Shown in pieces: positions 1 to 10,045 of a stretch of DNA of 38,938 nucleotides (position 1 is its first letter; each line of letters begins with the position of its first letter). A model generated the notes under the pieces. That model did no database searches, had not been told where the DNA came from, and saw only the letters and a list, made by a program, of their open reading frames with translations. This DNA comes from Escherichia phage vB_EcoM-813R9: sequence record ON470620.1; one strand, given 5' to 3'. A program made the position numbers and the translations under genes.

Positions 1-587
1 GTCACTTTGTCGCCCACCGCCGCCAGTTTCGGGTTATCTTTCAGCCACTCAGTGACCACTGCGGTGTCACCGAAGACGCCGTCGATACGCCCGTTTTGCA
101 GATCCAGTTTTGCGTTCTGGTAGCTGTCATACGGAACGGTAGTGATTTCCGGGTGCTTATCCATAATGAATTTCTGGTGTGTCGTCCCGTTCTGTACGCC
201 GACTTTTTTGCCTTTCAGCTGATCAACACTGGTGTATTTGCCTTGCTGACCCACAAACAGGGCAGAGTTGTCATAGTACGGGGTGGTAAACAGCACCTGC
301 TTTTCACGCTCCGGAGTGATATCCATGCCCGCCATCACGGCTTCTACGCGACGGAATTTCAGGCTTGGGATCAGGCTGTCAAACGCCTGGTTAGAGAAAG
401 TGCAGGTTGCATCAATCTCTTTACACAGCGCTTGTGCCAGGTCGACGTCAAAACCAACGATCTGGTTGTTTGCATCAATCGATTCAAACGGAGGATAGGA
501 GGCTTCGGTAGCAAAACGAATGGTTTCGGCAGCTGTGGCGGAAAGACTAAAACCTGCAATTAACGCGGCAATCAGAACTTTTTTCAT
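1..587 (-). CDS. artI: Arginine ABC transporter periplasmic binding protein ArtI; 3' end lies beyond the window start
   Basis: Reverse complement of 541-587 encodes MKKVLIAALIAGFSLS, the ArtI signal peptide; sits directly downstream of artP as in the E. coli art operon. Confidence 0.85.
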   Translation of the reverse strand, partial: MKKVLIAALIAGFSLSATAAETIRFATEASYPPFESIDANNQIVGFDVDLAQALCKEIDATCTFSNQAFDSLIPSLKFRRVEAVMAGMDITPEREKQVLFTTPYYDNSALFVGQQGKYTSVDQLKGKKVGVQNGTTHQKFIMDKHPEITTVPYDSYQNAKLDLQNGRIDGVFGDTAVVTEWLKDNPKLAAVGDKV

Positions 588-604
588 TGTTGTTATCCCG
601 AATC

Positions 605-1333
605 TTAGTGAGAGAGATAGTTTTTAAATGCTTCGGTTTGCGGCTCGGTAAAGCAGCTCGCGTCGCCTTGTTCTACGATATGACCATTTTCCATATACAC
701 CACTCGGCTGGCGGTTTTACGCGCCACTTCAACTTCGTGGGTGACGATCACCTGGGTAATATTCGTTTCTGCCAGCTCACGAATGATGCTGACGATTTGT
801 GCCGTAATTTCCGGGTCCAGTGCGGCGGTCGGTTCATCGAACAGCAGTACCTGCGGTTCCATCATCAACGCACGGGCAATAGCAACACGCTGCTGCTGAC
901 CACCAGAAAGATGCAGCGGGTAACGATCGCTATAAGGTTTGAGACGCAGACGTTCCAGCAGTTTTTCTGCACGGGCCAGCGCCTGATCTTTACTCAACCC
1001 CAGTACACGGCAGGGCGCTTCAATCAGGTTTTGCTGCACGGTCAGATGCGGCCACAGGTTGTATTGCTGAAACACCATGCCAACGTTACGACGCAAATCG
1101 CGAATCGCTTTGTCAGAGGGTGTTTTGGTGAAATCGAAATGGTTGCCTGCAATGTTGAGCGTACCGGAGCGCGGCATCTCAAGCAGATTGAGTACACGCA
1201 GCAGCGAGCTTTTACCCGCGCCGCTGGGGCCAAGTAACACCAGCGTTTCGCCCTGTGGGCAATCCAGCGTGATATCGAACAGCGCCTGATGCGCGCCGTA
1301 GAAGCAATTAATGCCGTTTAATTGAATACTCAT
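605..1333 (-). CDS. artP: Arginine ABC transporter ATP-binding protein ArtP
   Basis: ORF 605..1432 trimmed to the internal Met ([16 protein letters not shown]...); Walker [13 protein letters not shown] signature LSGGQQQR, Walker B LLFDEPT. Confidence 0.95.
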
Positions 1334-1550
1334 TGACACTCGTATACTGGCAGTCTGATAGCTATTGAGGTCGAAGATAGTACCTTTGACAGAATAATTA
1401 TGCAATATTTCTGCTTTAAAAGTTAAAAGCAAAGCGCATTATTCAATAAACATAGCACAAAATAACGGGGGCGGTGGTCGGCGAGCATAAATGTCGGCAT
1501 TCCTCACGAAATGCCGGACAATTTACGGGGTTTATTGGTTGATCAAGGCG

Positions 1551-2066
1551 TTAGCGATTCTCGATGGACTGACGGAGCGTACCCGCCGTGGCATGAACGC
1601 TACCGCCTAAGTAACGCACATCGTCGATGACCCAACACTGGCCTTCCTGAATCATTAACACTTCATCCTGCCAACCCTGGTCACCCTGTTTGAGATCCAC
1701 GCGCAATGGAATGTTACGGGCATCACGATTAGGGATAGTCGATGCACTGGCAACGTGGGCGCTATCTGGCAAGGTGGTTCGACTGGAGAATGGATCGTTG
1801 GTCAGTAGTTCCCGATGGTTATTATCCCGGGAGGCATCGCTAAGCAGTGTCGCCAGTTTGTCGCTCAGATAAGGGCGCAAGGCGGTGATGTCGTTGCTGC
1901 GGTGCAAAATGCGGTAGTCATAAAATTGCTGGGCCACGTTATCCGGGCCTCCTTCAACGCAAGGACCACTGCGTGTGCCGTTATCTTTATAAGCTGGAGT
2001 GACTGTGGTGCAGGCACTGAGGAGCAGTGCGCAGGGGATAAGCATTGTCAATTTGCTGTAGCGCAT
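1551..2066 (-). CDS. ybjP: Lipoprotein YbjP
   Basis: 171-aa ORF with lipoprotein signal peptide and lipobox (LLSAC); conserved position next to artP. Confidence 0.9.
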   Translation of the reverse strand: MRYSKLTMLIPCALLLSACTTVTPAYKDNGTRSGPCVEGGPDNVAQQFYDYRILHRSNDITALRPYLSDKLATLLSDASRDNNHRELLTNDPFSSRTTLPDSAHVASASTIPNRDARNIPLRVDLKQGDQGWQDEVLMIQEGQCWVIDDVRYLGGSVHATAGTLRQSIENR

Positions 2067-2191
2067 AATGATTTCCTTATAAGCGATCGCTCTGAAAGCG
2101 TTCTACGATAATAATGATATCCTTTCAATAATAGCGTATCAGTCTGATAATGCTTTTGAGATCGAAGGCTTAGCAAACAAGGAGATCGATC

Positions 2192-2515
2192 ATGCAATTT
2201 TCTACAACCCCAACTCTGGAAGGCCAGACCATCGTTGAATATTGCGGTGTGGTGACCGGCGAAGCGATTTTAGGTGCCAATATTTTCCGTGATTTCTTTG
2301 CCGGTATCCGCGATATCGTTGGCGGACGTTCCGGTGCGTATGAAAAAGAACTGCGTAAAGCACGGGAGATCGCCTTTGAGGAATTAGGCTCCCAGGCGCG
2401 GGCGCTGGGGGCCGATGCCGTCGTCGGTATTGATATCGACTACGAAACGGTCGGGCAAAACGGCAGTATGCTGATGGTTAGCGTCAGCGGTACGGCGGTG
2501 AAAACGCGTCGATGA
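2192..2515 (+). CDS. ybjQ: UPF0145-family protein YbjQ
   Basis: 107-aa [28 protein letters not shown]...; RBS ggag upstream; conserved synteny. Confidence 0.9.
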
Positions 2516-3342
2516 GAAGATTCTTCTGGCTGGTCGCTGCCGCTCTGTTATTGGCAGGGTGTGCAGGCGAAAAAGGCATTGTCGAGAAAGAGGGATATCA
2601 GCTTGATACCCGACGCCAGGCGCAGGCGGCGTATCCGCGCATTAAAGTGCTGGTGATCCACTACACCGCAGATGATTTTGATAGCTCGCTGGCGACACTG
2701 ACCGATAAGCAGGTCAGCTCGCATTATCTGGTCCCTGCGGTACCACCGCGATACAACGGTAAACCGCGCATCTGGCAACTGGTGCCGGAACAAGAACTGG
2801 CCTGGCATGCGGGGATTAGCGCCTGGCGCGGGGCAACGCGCCTTAACGACACCTCTATTGGCATTGAGCTGGAAAACCGTGGCTGGCAAAAATCGGCCGG
2901 AGTGAAATATTTTGCCCCGTTTGAACCGGCACAGATTCAGGCGCTTATTCCACTGGCGAAAGATATTATTGCCCGTTATCACATCAAGCCGGAAAACGTA
3001 GTGGCACATGCGGATATCGCACCGCAGCGCAAAGACGATCCGGGGCCATTATTTCCCTGGCAGCAACTGGCGCAGCAGGGGATTGGTGCCTGGCCGGATG
3101 CGCAGCGGGTTAACTTTTACCTTGCCGGGCGCGCGCCGCACACACCGGTAGATACCGCGTCATTGCTGGAGCTTTTGGCGCGCTACGGTTATGACGTTAA
3201 ACCTGATATGACACCGCGCGAGCAGCGGCGCGTGATTATGGCATTCCAGATGCATTTCCGCCCGACGTTATATAACGGCGAAGCGGATGCAGAAACTCAG
3301 GCGATTGCCGAAGCATTGCTGGAGAAATACGGGCAGGATTAG
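2512..3342 (+). CDS. amiD: N-acetylmuramoyl-L-alanine amidase AmiD (lipoprotein)
   Basis: 276-aa ORF with lipobox LLAGC; start overlaps ybjQ stop (ATGA); conserved synteny. Confidence 0.9.
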
Positions 3343-4352
3343 CGCGGCAGTTTTCCGTGGTCGCGTAGCCAGGCGGCAGTTTTCTCGATACCTTCATCCA
3401 GGGTGATGACCGGCTGATAACCTAACTCTTCCTGCGCACGCGTAATATCCAGCGTAAAGTCAAAATTCAACTTGGAGACGCCGTAGTGGGTCAGCGGCGG
3501 CTCTTTTGCTGACTTGCGGCCTAAACGCTCCATGCTGCGGGCGATCATATCCAGCATCGGGTAGGGGACGGAACGAATACGACAGTCAATATTCAACTCG
3601 TCGATCAGCTTCTGCACGATGCTGCGCAGTGTGCGATGCTCGCCGTTGGTGATGTTGTACACACGCCCGGAAGGTAGCTTATCGCAGGCTTCCTGGCTTG
3701 CCAGCCACATTGCGTGCACGGCATTTTCATAGTAGGTCATATCGACCAGCGCACTGCCGCCATGCGGTAACAGAATACTGCCGTAGTGGTGCATCATATG
3801 CGCCAGACGGGGAATAAAGACTTTATCGTGCGGTCCGAACAGACTTTGTGGGCGCAGAATAGTAAAGCGCGTTTGTGGATTCGCCTGCGAAAGCATATTG
3901 ATCACTTCTTCGCTGGCTGCTTTGCTGCGGGCAAACTCGTTGGCGAAGCGGTGAGGGCGAAAATCTTCTTTAATATCGCGATGGTGGTGATAATCGAAGT
4001 ACAGGGAGGGGGAAGAGATATGAATAAAGTTACGCACACCCCAGGCGACAGCCCATTCACCCAGGCGGCGAGTGGCGCGAACGTTAGCCAGATCGAAAGC
4101 CTGTTGTGTCCCCCAGGGTGAGGTAAAGCTGGAGCAGTGCCACAGCGTATCAATGCCCGCGAGCATCACTTTAGCTTGTGATGAAACCAGCTCGGTCAGA
4201 TCCGCCGGAACAAACTCTGCGCCCATTTTTTCCAGCAATTTGCCCATTGCCTCGTTGCGACCGGTCGCTCGCACGCTGATGCCTTTCTGGCATAAAAACT
4301 CTACCGCGTTTCGACCTAAGCCGCTGGTGGCGCCGGTAACCAGTACCTTCAT
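3339..4352 (-). CDS. ybjS: NAD-dependent epimerase/dehydratase family protein YbjS
   Basis: ORF 3339..4415 trimmed to Met22 ([15 protein letters not shown], Rossmann GxxGxxG motif), giving 337 aa. Confidence 0.85.
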   Translation of the reverse strand: MKVLVTGATSGLGRNAVEFLCQKGISVRATGRNEAMGKLLEKMGAEFVPADLTELVSSQAKVMLAGIDTLWHCSSFTSPWGTQQAFDLANVRATRRLGEWAVAWGVRNFIHISSPSLYFDYHHHRDIKEDFRPHRFANEFARSKAASEEVINMLSQANPQTRFTILRPQSLFGPHDKVFIPRLAHMMHHYGSILLPHGGSALVDMTYYENAVHAMWLASQEACDKLPSGRVYNITNGEHRTLRSIVQKLIDELNIDCRIRSVPYPMLDMIARSMERLGRKSAKEPPLTHYGVSKLNFDFTLDITRAQEELGYQPVITLDEGIEKTAAWLRDHGKLPR

Positions 4353-4450
4353 ATCAATCCACTGTTGTTGAGAAAATAACGTGCGCATTCTTCCGTGATT
4401 TCCCCCATGATGCAATGGGAAACATGAAAGAATAACGCAGGTTTTGTCGA

Positions 4451-5203
4451 TTAATCTGTGCTTTGTTCTGCCAGTCTGGCGATTTGTTTTGCCATTCCGC
4501 GAAAAATAAACAGATGCGCGGGGATCATCAATAACCAGTAAAACAGCCCCGGCATACCGTGCGGATGCCAGAAAGCGCGGACATCGATAGTACGATAGTC
4601 GCCTTTATCTTCCAGGCTAAAACACAGTCGTCCCAGCCCCGGCGCTTTCATGCCAAATAACAACGTAAGTTGTTTTTCCGGTTCAACGACAATCACTTTC
4701 CAGCTATCCACCGCATCGCCAGTCTGTAAATATTCGCGCTCCGGGCGGCCTTTCGCCAGCTTATGACCGATCGCGCGGTCCATCAACGCCCGTGTCTGCC
4801 ACAAAATATTGCCAAAGAAATAACGCTCTTTACCGCCGATTTGGTTCACTACCTGCCATAAAGCAGCAAGGCTGGCGGACGTTTTAACGGTAAACCCCGC
4901 CTGTTTGGCAAAATAACCGTACTCCGGTCGCCAGCGGGCAAAGGCCTGAGCGTCGTAGCCCCAGTCGCTGGAGTTGACCAGTTTTTCCTCCTCTTTCAAC
5001 GTGCTACGTACCGCGTCATCGAAAGCGATCAGCCGTTGTGGGATGAGTGCACGTAGCGCGGTATCATCCGCCAGCAGATCGTGTTTCAGCCCCTGAATCA
5101 ACGCCCTGGCGGTGGTGGGCGGTACGGAAGTAATCACATTGAGAAACCACACCGAAATCCAGCGGGTGGGGAGGGGGATGGGGATCAACCAGCGGCGCTT
5201 ACC
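4451..5203 (-). CDS. ybjT: YbjT C-terminal portion; 5' part lost in the assembly gap
   Basis: Reading frame continues upstream of ORF 4451..5188 (..[15 protein letters not shown]..) until it hits the N-run. Confidence 0.75.
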
Positions 5204-5213
5204 NNNNNNNNNN
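5204..5213. other. Assembly gap of 10 N joining a chromosomal contig to a prophage contig
   Basis: Literal n characters in the sequence; an E. coli gene on one side and a phage tail-fibre gene on the other, both truncated. Confidence 0.95.
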
Positions 5214-6261
5214 GGTATGCGAGAAGACCAGCTACATCCTTTCCACTCAAATTAGTCAGCGTATTGTCCAGCGGTTGTTTACCTGCCAGCGCATTAAGCA
5301 TTGTCGTGGCAAAGTTCGGGTCATTCCCCAGCGCCGCAGCCAGTTCGTTCAGTGTATCCAGTGCAGCAGGTGCAGACCCCACCATTGCCGCAATTGCCGA
5401 TTTCACAAAAGCCGTGGTGGCAATCTGTGTATTGTTAACCGACTGTGCGGCAGTGGGGGCTGTTGGCGTTCCGGTGAGTGCCGGACTTAACAGCGGCGCT
5501 TTCAGTGCCAGCGCATTGTTAATGGTGGTACTGAATTTCGGGTCATTGTTTATGGCTGCGGCAATTTCTTTCAGCGTGTCCAGCGTGGCTGGCGCACCAT
5601 TAATAAGAGCCGTCAGTGCCACCTGAACAAACGCGGTGGTCGCAACCTGCGTGGTGTTATTCCCCGCCGCTGGCGTTGGCGCTTTGGGTGTCCCGGTAAA
5701 CATAGGACTTTCTTTGGGTGCATACTGTGAATGCGGGTCCGGTGCTGCAAGATGTTTTGCCATCTGATCATCCACGTACACCTTCAGCTCCAGTACCTTA
5801 TCATCCACATACTTGCGGGTTGCCAGCACGACGGCAGGGTCGATTTTCAGGGTGATATTGTCCGTGCTGCTGGTAATCAGCACCATGCGCACGGTCTGGG
5901 TGCGCCCGCTGCCTTCAGCCAGTTGCGGCTTATAGCTTTCCGGGCAGTTGCCCACGGCAATCAATGCCCCGGATTCATCAAACAGGCCCACTTCACGTAT
6001 CCACCAACCGCCCTCGTTTTCAGGGATCACCTGTTCAGCAATAATCTGGCTGCTGTTTTGCGGGTCGATATAGAGCATATTCAGCGCAGCCCGGCGTTTC
6101 TCATTTACCAGTGCAGTCTGCTTTGCGTCCGGCGTTGGTAATGTTCCGCCGCCATCGCCTACCGCCATATGGGTAATTTTTAACGGCACACCGAGCGCGG
6201 CGGCGCTGGCAAGTTTCGCCGCGCCAATATCCGTCAGCAGGGTATAAAATTTTGTGCTCAT
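5214..6261 (-). CDS. H: Tail fibre protein H, N-terminal ~350 aa; C-terminal receptor-binding part lost in the gap
   Basis: P2 gpH-like N-terminus MSTKFYTLLTDIGAAKLASAAALG..; start ATG overlaps the stop of gene I (ATGA). Confidence 0.85.
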
Positions 6262-6863
6262 GGATTCACTCTCATTGTGTCAATAACATGGACCGCCCCG
6301 CCTTCATGCGCGGTGCCGCCAGAAATAATTGTTTCGTTGATATACGGATAGATCGTGATTTCTTCACCAAGATAGCTGGCGGCCCCTACCCAGTGCGGGC
6401 CACTAGTTTGCAGATTGATGGACATGCCGATCATGTGACGGCTACATGGTTTGGCATCGCTTATCAGCCGCTCAAGTTCCAGATAGGTATCTTCAGTGAT
6501 GCCCTGGTCTTGCACGCCGATGTCCAGGCGAAACGTGCCCGGTGTTTCTCCAGTCTGCCACCACTCAATAATGCGTATCAGGAAGCCGAACGGCTCCACC
6601 ACCCGCCGCACGGCACTGGTGGTTCCTTTATGCTGATGAATATAAAAAGCATCCTTCACCACCTGGCGCTTGACGCTTTCTGTCCAGCCCTCGTCCCAGC
6701 GATCCACAGAGAACGCCCAGGCGAGATAAGGCAGGAAACTGACCGGACAGGTCGCCGGATCCCACAGGTCACGCAGCGGCACCTGCAAATCAGAAATCCC
6801 GCTGCACGCTTGCGCCAGTCGGCGCTCCAGTGGCGTTGAACCCGGTGGCAGCAGACTATTCAT
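6258..6863 (-). CDS. I: Baseplate assembly protein I
   Basis: 201-aa ORF with P2 gpI-like motifs (LLPPGSTPLE, LPYLAWAFSVDRWDE, GTFRLDIGV); RBS ggagga. Confidence 0.85.
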   Translation of the reverse strand: MNSLLPPGSTPLERRLAQACSGISDLQVPLRDLWDPATCPVSFLPYLAWAFSVDRWDEGWTESVKRQVVKDAFYIHQHKGTTSAVRRVVEPFGFLIRIIEWWQTGETPGTFRLDIGVQDQGITEDTYLELERLISDAKPCSRHMIGMSINLQTSGPHWVGAASYLGEEITIYPYINETIISGGTAHEGGAVHVIDTMRVNP

Positions 6864-7764
6864 CCGTTCCTCCGTTGGTTACGCTCCACTGCGTACATGA
6901 TGCCGCCTGTGTTTTGTTCAGGACCACATCCGCCAGAGGGGAAGCCAGCTCCACACGCTGCACACCCTCAACATGCAGGGCGGCAAAGATGGCGCTACGG
7001 CGAATATCCCGACCAAGACGCGTCTGACTGGCGATGTACTTCTGCAGGCTGGCTTTTGCCGCTGCCATTACCGGCTCTGCTTCCGGTCCCGGATAAAGAA
7101 AAATGGTGGCTTCCACTCGGTACGGGATGATTTCTGCGCTGCGAACCGTCAGACGGTCAGCCACCGGGCGGACGTTCTCACTGTTCAGGGCGTTCTCCAC
7201 CACATCCAGCAAGTCTTTTTCTGCAGTTCCGTCGCCTTCGCGGCTAAGGACAGTCAGCACCACCTCTGCAGGTGCCGGGCTGGTTGCACTGGCATCCGCC
7301 ACCCGACCGTCGGCGCTTCGGGCATGAAATTCATAAGCGGCAGTTGGCCCCGCAACCGAAAGCCCTTCAAAGGCTGCAGGCACACGCAGGCGTAACGCTT
7401 CATCGCTTTCCATCACAGCCGCAACGGGCGGCACAGCGTCATTATCAGCAGGCGTCACCGTCAGGCGTTTCACGTTGTAGTTGGCAGCGAGCTGGTCAAG
7501 ATCGCCGCCCATCGCGTAAGCCACCATCACCGCCTGCGCGGCTTCGTTAATGCGCTGGCGCAGAAGCAACTCACGGTAAGCGTTCTCCTGCAACAATTTG
7601 GTGACTGGTTCAGATTCCAGTTCCAGCGTGCGGATCACTGCTTCCTGCTCATCTTTCGGATGAAGCGCCACAAATTCTGCCTTGCGTTCGGCAAGCAGCG
7701 TCTCAAAGTCCGGCACATCCACAATCTGCGGTGCAGGCAACTGCGAAAGGTCAATCACTGCCAT
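6856..7764 (-). CDS. J: Baseplate assembly protein J
   Basis: ORF trimmed to MAVIDLSQLPAPQ (P2 gpJ-like N-terminus) with RBS aggag; overlaps W stop. Confidence 0.85.
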   Translation of the reverse strand: MAVIDLSQLPAPQIVDVPDFETLLAERKAEFVALHPKDEQEAVIRTLELESEPVTKLLQENAYRELLLRQRINEAAQAVMVAYAMGGDLDQLAANYNVKRLTVTPADNDAVPPVAAVMESDEALRLRVPAAFEGLSVAGPTAAYEFHARSADGRVADASATSPAPAEVVLTVLSREGDGTAEKDLLDVVENALNSENVRPVADRLTVRSAEIIPYRVEATIFLYPGPEAEPVMAAAKASLQKYIASQTRLGRDIRRSAIFAALHVEGVQRVELASPLADVVLNKTQAASCTQWSVTNGGTDE

Positions 7765-8110
7765 TCTCTGCTCCTGTTGATACGGAAAGGGACACAGGCA
7801 CACCGTTATTCCGCCGCCCGGTCAGCTCCACCACCATTGAACCGTCAAAATTGCTGTTAATAGTGATGGAATCCAGCGTCAGCCGTGGCTCCCAGCGACT
7901 CAGTGCCACATACACAGCCGACATGACCTGCAGGCGTAACGCCGGATTTTGTGGCTGGTCTATCAGTGCCGACAGCAGGGAACCATATTCCCGACGGGCA
8001 ATGCGGCTACCCTGCGGCGTCAGCAAAATGTCCCGCACCGACTGGCGCAGATGGTCAATATCAGTAATGGCTTTACCGCTGGTATTGTTCATCCCGCTAT
8101 AAAGCGTCAT
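7751..8110 (-). CDS. W: Baseplate wedge protein W (gp25-like)
   Basis: 119-aa ORF with P2 gpW-like motifs (GSRIARREYGSLL, IDQPQNPAL). Confidence 0.85.
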   Translation of the reverse strand: MTLYSGMNNTSGKAITDIDHLRQSVRDILLTPQGSRIARREYGSLLSALIDQPQNPALRLQVMSAVYVALSRWEPRLTLDSITINSNFDGSMVVELTGRRNNGVPVSLSVSTGAENGSD

Positions 8111-8685
8111 ACCGGGCCTCCGGTTGTGTCGCCGCCTTTCAGGACGCCAGTATGCTGATGTGCATCAACCACAATTCCGTTAGAACTCATTGCACCGCCG
8201 CCCTGGGTAACACCACCATTGATCACTACTTCGCTGTTAATGCGTGTGCGGTCAGCCTCCAGTACAAACTCACTGGTTTTCAGGGTGATGTTGTCGGCAG
8301 CTTCAATGACCATGGATTTGATTCCCCTGACATACCAGCGCCCGGTAGCGGGTTCGTATTCAAACCAGCCACCGTCAGGATGTTCTGTCACACAGGCGTC
8401 CACCGACGCCGACGGTGGTGCGAACTGATTCGAATATACAGCGGGCAGCGCAAAGGCGGTTTCCAGATTGCCGCCCAGACTCAGCAGCACCACCTGCTCA
8501 CCTTCCGATGGTCGCCACCATGTGCGGGCATTACCCGCGCGCAGCGTCAGCCAGTTAATCCAGTTGGTTTCAAGGTCGCCCGTTTTCACCCGACAAAGCC
8601 AGTGTTCCCGGTCCACTTCGGTGACTACACCAGTGCGGATCAGGTTGGTGATAAGGCGCATGATTTCGGTTAATTGTGCGTTCAT
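8107..8685 (-). CDS. V: Baseplate spike/hub protein V
   Basis: 192-aa ORF with P2 gpV-like motifs (WLTLRAGNARTWWRPSEGEQV, HQHTG...GGDTTGGP). Confidence 0.85.
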   Translation of the reverse strand: MNAQLTEIMRLITNLIRTGVVTEVDREHWLCRVKTGDLETNWINWLTLRAGNARTWWRPSEGEQVVLLSLGGNLETAFALPAVYSNQFAPPSASVDACVTEHPDGGWFEYEPATGRWYVRGIKSMVIEAADNITLKTSEFVLEADRTRINSEVVINGGVTQGGGAMSSNGIVVDAHQHTGVLKGGDTTGGPV

Positions 8686-8731
8686 AATTTAATCATGCCG
8701 AGATAAGATTGATAAAAAAACTCTTTAGTTT

Positions 8732-8749
8732 TGTGCCAGTTATGATACA
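8732..8749. promoter_or_regulatory. Candidate Ogr/Delta-type late-activator site (TGT-N12-ACA) of the V operon promoter
   Basis: tgtgccagttatgataca lies about 55 bp upstream of the V start codon; P2-type late promoters carry this dyad. Confidence 0.45.
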
Positions 8750-8785
8750 AAGTGCATTTACTCATGGACTAAATAAAGGATTCCT

Positions 8786-10045
8786 ATGTTTAGATTATCT
8801 AGTGTCAAGATTGAAGGTTTTTGGGGAAGACTAAATGCATCATGTTCATTTAATGAAGATGTAAATATTATTATTGGTCGAAATGGGACCGGTAAAACAA
8901 CCTTTATGAATATTCTTCACTCAGTTCTGGCATTAGAACTCGAATCACTAAATGAGAATAGTTTTGATAATGTAACAATAAAAATAAAAGAAGGAAGCAA
9001 AACTAAAACAATAAAAGTTGTGAGTAAATTTGACATAACTAAAGCTTTGCCTACGTTTGAATATACAATTTCTAGAAAGAAATATATTATCAGATCCTTT
9101 GAAGATCGTAGACTACCTATATATATGAGGAGAAAATATCAGGAAGACGTTGAAAAACTTAAGTTAGAGTTAGATAAATTAGTTGCTTTATCTTCTCTAT
9201 CAGTTTACCGACTTAGAAGCGGTGAAGATTTTGAAATCAGAGACAAATATGGCTCAAAATTAATCAACCCTGTTGATTACCGATTAGAACAATTATTGCA
9301 GAACCTAACAAAATATCAACTTTATTTATCACAAAGAGCTCGTGATGTTTCTGCAATATTACAGAAAGAGGTTCTTGCTTCTATTCTTTATAGTAAAGAA
9401 GATGGTATCGATGACACATTTAACTTTTCTTTTGATAAAGAAAAAGAACGTAGAAATTTAATAGCTGCATATTCTCAGCTTGGAGCTTTTGATAGTGATG
9501 TCAGAAAGAAGATTAACTTTCACGTTGAATCTATTGCCAAAACATTTGAAGAATTACGACTTGCAGAAAAAAATAACAGAAATATTTTAAATGTAGATTA
9601 CAGATCATTTGAGGCATTACGAAAGACGCAAAGAATTATAAAGATGTCTTTAAAATCCGAGGAGAAAATAAAAAACATATTTCTTCCTATAAATCTATTT
9701 TTAGAAACATTACATGAGTTCATAACCGATAAAAAATTTAATTTTATCTCCGGTGAGCTAGTAATAGAAAACGAGCATGGGCCGATTAGCCATAGTAATT
9801 TATCGTCTGGTGAAAAACAGCTATTAATTCTTTTTATTGAAACTTTGCTACAGCAAAACAAACCTTTCATCTATCTTACTGATGAACCAGAATTATCGCT
9901 ACATATTGCATGGCAACGAAAAATAATACCTGCAATCAAACAACTTAATCCTAATGCGCAAATTATCGCCGCTACGCATTCACCAGAAGTGGCTTCTAAA
10001 TATCGAAATGCAATCTTTGATATGGAGAAATTGGTTCATGGATGA
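8786..10045 (+). CDS. ariA: ABC/SMC-like ATPase (AAA15-type); candidate AriA of a PARIS-like defence module
   Basis: 419-aa ORF in AT-rich DNA; Walker A GRNGTGKTT, ABC signature LSSGEKQ, Walker B FIYLTDEPELSLH, H-loop ATHSPE; RBS aaagga. Confidence 0.6.
   Translation: MFRLSSVKIEGFWGRLNASCSFNEDVNIIIGRNGTGKTTFMNILHSVLALELESLNENSFDNVTIKIKEGSKTKTIKVVSKFDITKALPTFEYTISRKKYIIRSFEDRRLPIYMRRKYQEDVEKLKLELDKLVALSSLSVYRLRSGEDFEIRDKYGSKLINPVDYRLEQLLQNLTKYQLYLSQRARDVSAILQKEVLASILYSKEDGIDDTFNFSFDKEKERRNLIAAYSQLGAFDSDVRKKINFHVESIAKTFEELRLAEKNNRNILNVDYRSFEALRKTQRIIKMSLKSEEKIKNIFLPINLFLETLHEFITDKKFNFISGELVIENEHGPISHSNLSSGEKQLLILFIETLLQQNKPFIYLTDEPELSLHIAWQRKIIPAIKQLNPNAQIIAATHSPEVASKYRNAIFDMEKLVHG

Noticed and set aside
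587-1237. 216-aa plus-strand ORF
   Set aside because: Antisense to artP, whose identity is unambiguous.
5204-5213. N-run as a biological feature
   Set aside because: Ambiguity placeholder from scaffolding, not sequence; meaningful only as an assembly breakpoint.
5081-5626. 181-aa plus-strand ORF with Ala/Ser-rich low-complexity sequence spanning the gap
   Set aside because: Antisense to the tail-fibre gene H and to ybjT and contains the N-run; a shadow ORF of GC-rich coding sequence.
9598-9870. 90-aa minus-strand ORF inside the ATPase gene
   Set aside because: Antisense to the candidate ariA in AT-rich DNA where stop-free antisense frames are common; no RBS.
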